Source: Phoronis australis (taxonomy: Eukaryota > Animalia > Phoronida). From it: 64,000 nucleotides of DNA. Positions 53,756-64,000 of this stretch are shown one piece after another. The translations under genes were made by a program, and so were the position numbers. The notes under the pieces are model-generated. The model saw only the letters and a list, made by a program, of their open reading frames with translations. It was not told the DNA's origin and did no database searches. Position 1 is the stretch's first letter. Every line of letters starts with the position of its first letter. The stretch is taken from NCBI GenBank assembly GCA_002633005.1, contig NMRA01000659.1, positions 158,419 to 222,418 of the forward strand, read 5' to 3'.

Positions 53756-54433
53756 TTTAGTGATCTGTGACATGTATTGAATCATATGGAATTGGTTTTG
53801 TGTGGTACCTCGAATGTATGTGCTAGCTCATTTTTGGGGGGTCCTTTTTTGGTTTCTGCCGGACCCATTCCAGAGTGCAATTTGTCTGTCATGGGTCATT
53901 TGGTGTTCAGTGCGGTACTATTGTTCGTTTAAAATCAGTTTTGGCCGGTACCTCGAAAATCTAGTCTAGCTCAAATTTTTGATGGCATACCATGGTTGAG
54001 ATTTTTGGGGGTTTCTGCCGGGCACAACCCAGAGTGTATTTTGTCTGTCATAGGGGTTTTAGTGATCTGTGACATGTATTGAATCACATGGAATTGGTTT
54101 TGTGTGGTACCTCGAATGTATGTGCTAGCTCATTTTTGGGGGGTCCTTTTTTGGCTTCTGCCGGACCCATTCCAGAGTGCAATTTGTCTGTCATGGGTTA
54201 TTCGGTGTTCAGTGCGGTATTATTGTTCGTTTTAAATCAGTTTTGGTTGGTACCTCGAATATCTAGTCTAGCTCATTTTTTGGGGTCTTTGTAAGGCCCC
54301 CAGGGGTCACACCCAGAGTGCAGACAACGGCAGACGTCCATTTCTGTACATACTGAGGTGGACTTTAAATACTCCCGTGGTCAGATGTTGGTACCTCGTT
54401 CATCTATGCTAAGTGCTCTGGGCTGCCGGTCTA
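53756..54433. repeat. Satellite-like tandem array, 302-bp unit built from two ~150-bp subunits; probable HINE-like element end
   Basis: TTTAGTGATCTGTGACATGTATTGAATC at 53756 and 54058. Recurring GGTACCTCGAA, CTAGCTCA and CCAGAGTG blocks. Confidence 0.8.
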
Positions 54434-54810
54434 TTTAGGCCTACTGAGTTATGGTTATGAATATTCGGTTTTATATTTTTCCCTGGAAAACTAAAACAAA
54501 TATCAAAACCTATCAAGTAATATGTAAATAACTTGTCAAAAAAAACTTAAAACTCAAGTTTAACCTCACTTTGCTACACTTCACTGGCTGCCTTTTCTTA
54601 GCCGCCATCTCGTGGCCGGATCAGTATCCCTAGTGTCTGAAGCTTTAAACTATACTGAACAGCTGAGGCAAATGTTTCATTTCTCTTATAAAAAATTGGT
54701 ATTGAAGTTCACAAATTTTTATACTGATAGAAACAACTATCTTCGGCCGTTCGGCATTATTTGTACGCTAACTGATGATAAAACGGGCAAGTGTTTTAGG
54801 TGTGATCCCT
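54434..54810. repeat. Copy 2 of the ~377-bp direct repeat
   Basis: Matches 50232-50609. Confidence 0.92.
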
Positions 54811-55184
54811 ACGAATGTTAACAAAAAAGCTTATAAGAATAATCGCAATAAGGGTGATGATGGCGATGATAATGAATAAAGTATAACAAATGAAATTGTA
54901 ATCATCTTTCAGTTGACCGTATGAACCCATATACACTTCCGGTGTGAAAATGAAATGTTCACCCGACATGATACGTGATGGGCAAAATACCCACCCGAAA
55001 AGATGCTCAAAAGGAAAAAGGCCAACGGTGAAGACAAAATACCCGGCCGAGCTTGGTCATGGTGGCGAAATACTACATGAGGTTGTGGCACGTCGCTAAC
55101 AACCTCTCTCTAATGGAAGAACCCTCCCCCCCGGCATGTTGATCTCTCGTTGCAATCTTGGTCGTTCGTGGTTGAGTCGGCGGT

Positions 55185-55373
55185 TGTTGTACTTCAACTT
55201 GGAATCATGAGTGAACTTGGAATACGTTTCTATTCCAAGTTCACGTACGGCCGGGGGTTTGGCAGTTTGCTTAATCTCAAGATCACTTGGTTGATCTTGG
55301 AATTCCAAGTTCACGCAACACTCACTTCTGCTTATTCCTGAGATTAAGCAGGATTCCAAGTTGAAGTACAACA
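55185..55373. mobile_element. MITE with 22-bp perfect terminal inverted repeats
   Basis: TGTTGTACTTCAACTTGGAATC (55185-55206) and GATTCCAAGTTGAAGTACAACA (55352-55373), with internal (A)TTCCAAGTTCAC repeats. Confidence 0.75.
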
Positions 55374-55458
55374 GCGCAGGCGATGCCAGGGAATTAAAAG
55401 TGGTCAACAGGTGACGTGCAGACTAGACTAAGATGCTGTGCTGTACAACTGCGGCGAT

Positions 55459-58227
55459 TTAGTTACCTAATCCCCTTGTGTCTTCGTTGAGTTGCGCGGC
55501 CTCGTCGAGTAGTTCGGCCTTGTCTTTAGCTGTGGAAGGAGGCAGTAACAATATTGCGATTACTAATTAAAAAGTCTGTCCAGCAGCATGATTTGCCAAT
55601 TGATGCAGGCCTAATCTCATCTGATTTAGTGATTACCACGTATTGCGTTCCCTAAAGGGCCTGCTACTACCCCTAATAGTTATACTCAAAACTACCCCTA
55701 TAGTATCGCCGTCGTCAATTCATACAGAGAAGTTGGGTCTTCGCGGGTTCTGCTACTGAACCGTGCACTCACGACCCGGTCAATTTTATTTTGAGTGTGC
55801 AGAGTAGTTAGAACTCCATGGTCTCTTCAAATGTTTGTTTGACTAAGCATTAGTTTTCAAAACCTGATAATTATTTACCGAATCCTTCCGGTTCCCTCAT
55901 GTATCGAAGCACCGTTTCCTTTTCGTCAGCTGGAACGTACTTCAGGATCGCCTGGTAATCTTCATCGGTCAACTCGGACAACTTAAATGATAAAAAGGGA
56001 TAAGCACACAGCCACGTAAAGTTTGCTCATGACAGGAACTTAACTCTGAATTATTTATCTAGTGTACCCTGTGTCTGCACTATAAGCGCCACAGTTTCTC
56101 CTAACGTACGATTGGCCGGGGACTGAAAACATGTAAAGTGACATGTCGATATCATTTAACCGTTGCACGACGGTAGGGTTGCAGACCAAATGCGAATCGG
56201 CCTTTGTTGAAAGCAACGCTGATCATAAAGTTATCCTCCTAAATATGGCGTTGAACGAAAAAGGTGTGATAAAAAACCTGTTCTAGTCGAAATCTGATGT
56301 CGTTGGATTGATCTGCGTTAAATTTTTGTTTACTTCATCGGTCTTCACAACCTAATGAACTATAAGCGGAGTAAACCCACTTACTTATCCGACTGCCGTA
56401 CAGCCTGAAAATGTGTTAACAGAGCCGTGATTATTCCCATGTAATTGTTTTCATTAGATGGTCAAAAACCCACAAAGGAGCGTATTTCAGACAATGTAAT
56501 TATTCTTGAGCATTGTAATTTTGGTAAGAGACAGATACAGGTTCTCTCAATTCGTCGTCATGCTGTCCTGGCAAACAAGGACACCGCGCGCTTGTAAGGT
56601 TGAAGCGCCCAGTCTCGGACTGCCGCTGGGAAAGATGGGGCTCCCGATGGTTAGGTTTTTGTTATCAGGGTGGTTTATTCCGTGACATCTCCAGTCGACT
56701 GTCATATCCCTAAATTTGTTCTTCTTTGGTGTCACAACTGATAATGACCACCCGGCCGGAAAACTATCAAAATGAATTTGAGACAGGAATAAATTGCTTA
56801 CGATTGTAGACGTCAAAAATTGACATTCATTGCAACAGAGAGTTTTTTAAAACTCTCTGTTGCAATGAATGTAAGCAGCCCATTAAAATGGGCTGCTTAC
56901 ATTCGTAACCCAAAGTAGCCATAAGACACTGAAATCCGGTAGATGTCTCCAGATGCCACTTGGTGACTGGACCCGCCAATAAATCAAAGAAATGCGTTAC
57001 ACTCACAAGACCATCCCCAAAAAGACCGTGTGAACAGGCGTTAAATATAATTACCTCTTTCTTCCCGACTAAGACCGTGCAGCCTGCTTTTTTCAAGAGA
57101 CTGAAATCAAAGCGAAATAGAACAGTAATGGCCGTGACCGTTTTAGTTGTGTTAGACGATTTGGTCACGGAATTAGAAAATAATAAATGATCTACTCCCC
57201 GCTTCACGTCTCTGACAAACTTGGCAAACCAATTTAGTTAAAATGTGTTTCCAAATAATGGTTCTTCAAATATGATAAAATTTTTAAATGAACATAATTT
57301 TAAGGGACTGCACCCGCCATCCGTTACTTTTTAATTAGACTACTTTCCGCTATAAATCTCAGACTGGTATTTGATTTGTTCCTTACTCGGCCATGGAAGA
57401 ACTGGCGGCTCGTTTTCACTTGAAATCAAGTTTGTGTGTTCGGCTTCTCATTTCAAGAGCCAGTAAGGAACATTTGAGACAAACTGTCTAACGGAAACTG
57501 GCCTTTTAAGTTCAGTAGTATTTTTTTAACGGTCAAATAGGGGGTTTATTACTGCTTAAAGCGGTTTTGAATTTCTGGCGATGCATCCATTGGGTCCCAC
57601 AGAAAAGACATTGAACTGATAATTAATAGTAACAAGAGTAAAAGTATTCAGGTCTATGATTTATCAAGTGTTCTTTAGACAACACGTTTCGGGGTTTGAT
57701 AGAATCTCACCAATTTCGGACAAAACTGATTACTGGTCCTACACCACAGCTATGAATTATTGTTTGAATATTTAGGGGGTCAATTTCAACGGGACCACCC
57801 AAGGGATAACAAAAAGTGTTAATGACCGTCTTACTACACAAATAACAGTTTCTACGTTGAAGTAAATCAATTTTAGTAATACTGCTCCGTTAGAGCCAAT
57901 TTTGCAAACAGAGAAATTAAAAACATGTCTGTTAGGCTGTCAAGGTATTCTTAAGGGCGTGTCATTTTCAAATAGCTATTAAGATAGCAAATACTTGTGA
58001 AACTTTACCGATGACTATCTATACACATTGTTTCACACTCGTTGTAGTAATCAAGATGTTCACGTTTGAGAGCTTGGAACTTACTAGTTTTTTGCCGCTC
58101 GCTTAATCCAAATGCGGTGGCGCCTCCAGGCCCTTCGAACTCTGAAGCGAATACGCCAGGCGTCGCTCTCCAGCACTACGCTCAGCAGTACGGTTAGCAC
58201 GAGAAAGGCGACTATAGCCTTGTTCAT
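55459..58227 (-). CDS. Putative antimicrobial/host-defence peptide precursor, 120 aa, 4 coding exons (signal peptide, cationic Trp/Arg peptide, GKK, acidic propeptide)
   Basis: Exons 58085-58227 (ATG; acceptor at 58237/8), 57055-57100, 55879-55981 and 55459-55529 (stop), all GT-AG and phase-consistent (2,0,1). Translation: MNKAIVAFLVLTVLLSVVLESDA-WRIRFRVRRAWRRHRIWIKRAAKNYLLKKAGCTVLV-GKK-ELSELTDEDYQAILKYVPADEKETVLRYMREPEGFAKDKAELLDEAAQLNEDTRGLGN*. The C-terminus is uncertain because a donor-like GTAACT at 55466 could add a further exon. Confidence 0.82.
56823..56904. other. Two overlapping perfect palindromes (24-bp and 18-bp stems, 2-nt loops)
   Basis: ACATTCATTGCAACAGAGAGTTTT-TT-AAAACTCTCTGTTGCAATGAATGT and GAATGTAAGCAGCCCATT-AA-AATGGGCTGCTTACATTC. 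Confidence 0.92.
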
Positions 58228-59902
58228 CTTGATTCAGCTGCAAATAGCAAGAACACAATGATGGCGTCAACGAAGACGTCGAAGATGAACATGATGGTGA
58301 CTATAATAATGAACAGAAAGTAGTATGATAACAGCTACACATTATTATAGTTATGAAAGAGTAACCATGATGCGCATTCAAAGGCGGTTCATGAGCGTGA
58401 CTGTTGTGGTTGACTTCCTTGGCGTCTTCGACCGATTGGGTGGGAGGCTATCGTCAGCAAAAATGCGATCTTTTAAAAGGATCTCTTTACGTGGCATTAT
58501 TTTGCAAGCGTCGGAATGCATGCGAATTAATGACGATCTCAAGATTTGCTCTTTTGTTCTTGTTTCATGTGAGACATGTCGCTTGTCAATAACTTCAATA
58601 AAACAACACGTCTTTTCAGCGTAACGTGTATATTATTCTAAAACACTCGACAAACAAGAACATTTACACAATTTGAAGATGTTCTTTCCTTTATCTTCAT
58701 CAATTTAGAACATAAAACAGCAATTGAAGGGTATGGTTAAAATTACCTAACATGTACATCTTTATTTGTTCTTTTTTCTCGCGGTTTTTGCTACCGACTT
58801 TTGAAAAAATGTTATTCAGCGTCATTCTGCTGTGGCAGTTATTTTGTTAGTGCTCTATAAAAAAAGTGTTTTTAAGCAATTGAAATTTAAAACATGAATT
58901 CCTTCAATTATATTCTACTCATGAGGAGTTCAAAACTGCGTGAAAATAACAATTAATTATGTTAATACTATTTTACCATGTGACAAAATATTATACACCT
59001 GTAAAATAGTTAATGTTGCCATCTGCTCTAGCAGAGAGGCACATGTGTGCTATTTGTCCAGCTGAGCTCATTGTAGTTTTAAAAGTATAAATTGTTTTGT
59101 TGCTTATGAACATGCCGCTATGATTTTGAAAATACTTTTGTCGAAAGACCATCAGGTGGGAATACGTTGCGTAAATTGTTTTGAGCTATTAAAGCAAGAA
59201 GGATATGTTTGTAAAAAAGTGTGCAATTTTATATTTTTTTTCTGATCAATATGGTACGTACAGTCTCAATGTGACAGCCTTAAAGTGAAACATATCAACA
59301 CGTTTTTTGTCCATTGTCAAAAATTAATTGCCTGTTTGTGTCCCTTTTGTGCATCAGTGCGCGTTTGTATACGTGTTTGAAAGTCTCTAAGTGGCAAGGA
59401 GAAAAGTTTTAATTGGCTCAATGCGTTTTTGTCGCTGTGACGCTTATTTTACTCGAATCGCTACCTTGTTTTAAAATACAAAATTTAATGCAACGACCTA
59501 GAAAGATGCAACGGTTACGGTACTTTTTTTCAAAAAATGAGATTAAAAAACAATAACGAATGCAATAGTATATTAAATGATACAGACTTAACGTTGATGA
59601 TCTGATGCACATTGATTCAGTTTCGCTAAACGATACGCGCGTTCCAAAAACCCATCTTTGAATAGTAAGGTGTGGGTAATAGACCAGCCCATAAACTACA
59701 GGGTGGAAAATAATTTTAGAATAATAATTCGTGTGGCTCAAAACAGCTAACTTTAACTAATTAGTAATGTCAGCGGAGCCTTTGTCAAACACTCGTCTGC
59801 GCAGGGCTCCGAACAGTAAACCAGTAAACCCAATTAGAGTCTTTGGTTTAAAGAGCCTAAGTTGAAATAAATAAATAAATCTCACACAAGTCAAATACTT
59901 AC

Positions 59903-59984
59903 GGTGTCCTCAAGAGGATACTGTGAACAACCAAAAATCTTCGTTAGATGACAACCAGACTGCATCTCACTCCCCATTTTTATA
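59903..59984 (-). promoter_or_regulatory. TATA box and short non-coding first exon of the peptide gene
   Basis: TATAAAA on the minus strand at 59978-59984. Strong donor ACC|GTAAGT at 59903/59902, about 80 nt downstream. The coding exon has an acceptor that needs an upstream exon. Confidence 0.6.
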
Positions 59985-62029
59985 GAGTTTATGGCGAGCG
60001 TTCGTGTGGGAAAGAGGACGCGGAGCTCACGACTTTTTGTATTGAAGTCGTGATGATATCCAGTGGAGCTGCAAAGTAGACAAATTATGGTTTAATTTTA
60101 CAGACTACTTTTGATCGTGACATGGCAAGTAAAAAGGTGAATTGATTCTTTTCATACAACACATCTTTGCAATAAACACGAAGAAAGGTCTTCGATAACA
60201 ATAGGGAAACACTATTTTTTATTACGCGAGTTAGTGTATCGAAATTACACACATAAACGATATTTCTGCAATGATGTAACGATGCCTTCTATACACGCAC
60301 GTTATGGTTTTAGAGCAGTCACGGCTTGGAACCAAGGATTCCCCATTGTCGAAGTCACGATTTCCACTGAATAGACATCCTTATTGTTTGTGTAGATGTT
60401 TTATAGTGTAACAGTTCTGAATACGCCAACTCAGGCAACATTTATTTTTATCGTGTAAATCCATTTGCATGCTCTGCAGCCCCTTACAGCAATGTGCGTC
60501 GATTTTTTCCAGTAAGTGTTACTTGAATGTGTCGATGCAGCGCCCTGCTTTCTGATGAGGTCCTGTAACCTTTGTACCGGTCTTACACACTTCGTCACCC
60601 ACTCCAGTGTATAGTAACAACTCAAGGGGACGCTGAATAGATTTCCAAATATCGTGAGCACACATTCTATACTACAACAATTTATATGTTCACTTCGTAA
60701 ATTATACAAGACGAATACTGCTTTTATTTAATTTCTCTATTTCAAATCACGAGAGAGAAATTTGTGGTAAAAACTGGTAATTTCATTGTTTTGTATCGCA
60801 CATGTTAGTTATCTGCGTGAACCTCAGTATTTTTTACATTTCTCTTGTCGTGATCTGCTAACAATCAAATAAAGCCTTTAGGTAATCTCAGCGTTTGAAA
60901 AAACATCCAACAATGAGGATATTTTAAACGATTCTTTGGTGTTTGGATCTTCAAGGGAGTGTTTTTTTTTCATTTTGGTTATCAATTGCATGTATGAAAT
61001 CTATTCTTATCATTACTTTTGAGGGATATCTAAAAATAATCCTATTGCTTGAACAGGTTCAATTTACAAGTAACGACATGATCGTGTCTTGATGTAAACA
61101 GCAAGAATAGCTTAGTTTTTTTGATACTACAAAAAATCCTTTATTCGTTCTTTCACCCAATTATGATTTTACTAAGTGTCGTGACTACCAAATTACCTAA
61201 TTACTGGGATGTGTAAATTAATATCATATGACTAGGCTGTTAGACTTACCATCACTTCAGATTTGTTGATGGGACCCCGATCAAATTCTCTACCGTTCAT
61301 CAATCTGTGAAGTTGTTTTTAAGCGATTACATTTCAGTTACATAATGCATGCCTCCGAACATCAGTTGTAACCACAAACTCTCTGAATCGGGAGGCTAAC
61401 TTTGGCTTGTCCAAAGAAATACTGATGTACACATAATGTCACCTTTTTCTTTAAATCTCAAACGTTAATCATCTCAATCAAGAAGAGCTTGTATCAATAA
61501 TAATGTACTGACTTCTGCGAAATTCTGTTTCACAACCGTTAAAACGTTGCTGATTAAAAATACACCCTTTTGTAACCCGTGCGTTTATGCAGTGGTAGCA
61601 TTTTTGATTCATTTTATTGTGCTGAGACAATATAGAAAGGCTAGTCTGAGGATGGTCGCCTCCGATCTAGCCTTTACAAGGTAGTAAGTTTATATTTAGT
61701 CAACATGTAAGGAGCAATATATGTAACTTGATGGGGAAACGGGACGGGGGTAAGACTTTTATAGTTACATGATTCCCCACAGGGTGGCGATATGATTGAT
61801 CGTTGCAGAGTATTGCTGTGGTGCGAGGGGGATTCTTAGCACGTGACTTCTCACTGTTAGCTTAGAACAGTCTAACATTCGGACATTCTGATGTTGAGAA
61901 ATACCACAAGCATACTGTGTGCTGTCTAGTTTAGAAATGCTGTTGAAACTTGCCGCTTCTGCAACAAGAACCAACTAAATCGGTGCTAATTTCTATCGTT
62001 GGCCAAATAGGTGAACGTTATGCACGTAA

Positions 62030-62590
62030 ACTGCGTGCGTATGTTAATTATTGCTAACCTCGTAAATTAATTCTTTACCGTGTAAATTGATTATAAACGG
62101 CGTAATTATTTACGCCAGATATTAATTATTTGCTGCACAAATTAACTTTTAATGACGTAAAGTGATTATTTGATGGGCCAATTAAATTTTAACCGCGTTA
62201 ATTAATCATTGCATAACGCACGTTAATAATTAATGTACGCCGTAAATAATTTACGCCTTTAAAAGTTATTTTTTGCCAACTAAAACGGACATTTGCATGA
62301 ACCAAGTGAATTGTCCTGAAGGGCTTGCGGGTAATATTACCCTCTTGACATATCAATTTACACTTGTTGTAAAATGGTTTATGTGATGTTCTGTTGTCTT
62401 GTCATGTTCTTCTGATATCGGTAGTCAATGTAGAGCGTATCCGCCGATTGTAAAACGGTCGGCGATTGGACAAGATGCATTAATTATCCACGTGTGTAAA
62501 TTACGCTGACTTTATATTACGCCGTACATAATAATTTGGGCCTTTAAAAATAAGTTTGCGCAGCAAATAATTGCCAGGGGCCGTAACACA
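62030..62590. repeat. AT-rich degenerate ~35-bp repeats (TAATTATTTACGCC-like), probable non-autonomous element
   Basis: Recurring TAAT[T/A]ATTTACGCC and CGTAAATT motifs. Confidence 0.45.
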
Positions 62591-62629
62591 GCTCATCCGC
62601 CTGAAACGACAAGTATTATCGTCTCCTTA

Positions 62630-63110
62630 ATAAAAACCTATTTGCCAAATTTCATGAAAATCCACCAAGGAACCTGGTAGATATCAAGGGCAAACGCAAA
62701 GAAAAACAAAATTGCCCCTAAGGGACTCAAAAGTGGGATTTGTCGCAACATCCACGTCAATTGTCCACAATAGGTACATAAACCTACATGTAAGGCACAT
62801 AAGAACTTGGTGGATATAGTGCCGCATGAAAAAATGCAGATTAGCCACCAGGGGGCCACAGTTGCCAGACCTGTCCAAAAATAATCGCCTTTCCCCAGTA
62901 GGAACACAATTTGAACATTTTTCCTTTGAGCTGTGTAGCCGATAGCGAGGCGTACGCGAAAAACCAGACTCGAAAATTATTAAGATACAAGTAAGTCAAA
63001 TTTTTCTGAAAAGGGGAACGTGTAATCGTCTCCTCCGAAGTCAGACCTAATCGTCAAATTTCATGAAAATCCGTCAAGAAAGCCCGAAGGTACCGAGTTA
63101 ATGTAAAAAT
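62630..63110 (+). repeat. HINE-like repeat related to 14470-15175
   Basis: Two CAAATTTCATGAAAATCC..CAAG blocks and GCCACCAGGGGGCCAC. Confidence 0.5.
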
Positions 63111-64000
63111 AAAATTGCGATTGCCACGTCTTACAATAGGCTTGTCATGCTCTCAAAACAGACACATCGTGTTTCACTGAATTATTACAATCTTGAGAAC
63201 CATTTTACAATAGATAAACAAACGTTGCGCCTCACAACATCAAAACAGTGAGGAACAGAACTATAAAAATAACGCTGATGTCTCAATTGACGTAGAACAA
63301 ATGACGTCCCAAGAATACCGCCTCGAGCTCAAAGTAATTAGTAATACACAAACACCGGTTCAGATTAGACACAGTCGTTTGAAAGCCACTGACATGCAAA
63401 TTACTATTTAGAGCAGCAACGCTCGCTACAAATACACCAGTGCAGTAAGTTAGTCTTGAAACGAGTCAATAGATGTCCTGCCGTTAGAAGTGGGTTGCGT
63501 CGAATGCAGCCGCGGCGGCCGCAAAAATACCACTAGGGAGTGTCACAGTAATCGGAGCCGTCTGAAAATTAACGTGAACTAAATTGTTCCTAGTAAGAAC
63601 ACATCTCTATAGAGCCTCAATGATTCTTTGAACTGTATGGTGGACGGAGAGTCGGATCGTCTCTCGCTTATAAAACAGACTGCAAAACAGTAATAACAGA
63701 TAGGCGGTGCAGAATACGTCGATCCATTCGAAAACGGGTAGAAGATTGTCGTCTCTTTAACAGATATCCAATTTGCTAAATTTAGACATGAACATCCATC
63801 AAGGCGAATCAGAGAAGAAGCAGTAGGCAAACGTCAACAACTTAAAAACTGGTCGGATCCGACCCAAACCTCGCTCGTATCGTCCCATTCATGATAGGAA
63901 CATGTCAACGGTAGTTTTGGGAACATCCGTCCATGTGTTGTGGAGATAAAGCATTAAAGCAGCGGACATAGGCAGATTTAGGGGGGGGGCAGGGGGCTCG

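Noticed and set aside
53273-53785. ORFs spanning the N run
   Set aside because: Artefacts of translating the gap.
50232-54810. 377-bp direct repeats read as the LTRs of the Gypsy element
   Set aside because: They lack TG...CA ends, the PBS follows a separate TG...CA segment at 50609-50717, and no PPT precedes copy 2.
56827-57207. 126-aa ORF on the minus strand
   Set aside because: Only 57055-57100 is exonic (peptide gene). The rest is intron and palindrome read-through.
60540-60600. Hammerhead ribozyme (CTGATGAG core)
   Set aside because: No stem II closing into GAAA. The similar candidate near 32276 also fails.

Overview
AT-rich, intron-rich, repeat-rich animal genomic DNA, most likely from a heterozygous marine invertebrate draft scaffold, with one 438-N gap. 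I reconstructed three spliced protein-coding genes by hand. (1) The 5' half of L-fucose kinase (FCSK/FUK), minus strand, 15 coding exons, running off the left edge. (2) A complete mitochondrial D-lactate dehydrogenase (LDHD), plus strand, 12 coding exons, 503 aa. (3) A small minus-strand gene at 55.5-60 kb that the ORF track does not show as a gene. It encodes a 120-aa precursor: signal peptide, then a Trp/Arg-rich +13 cationic peptide with one Cys, then a GKK amidation/cleavage site, then an acidic propeptide. This is a probable new antimicrobial/host-defence peptide and the best finding in the window. Mobile DNA includes a 4.6-kb foldback with divergently oriented CTCF-like motifs, a defective Mag-like Gypsy LTR element, two THAP-bearing Kolobok-like relics, a decayed LINE, tRNA-derived repeats, HINE-like elements, MITEs and minisatellites. 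A 377-bp repeat either side of the gap probably reflects two haplotypes joined in the assembly. All calls are by eye; no searches were run.
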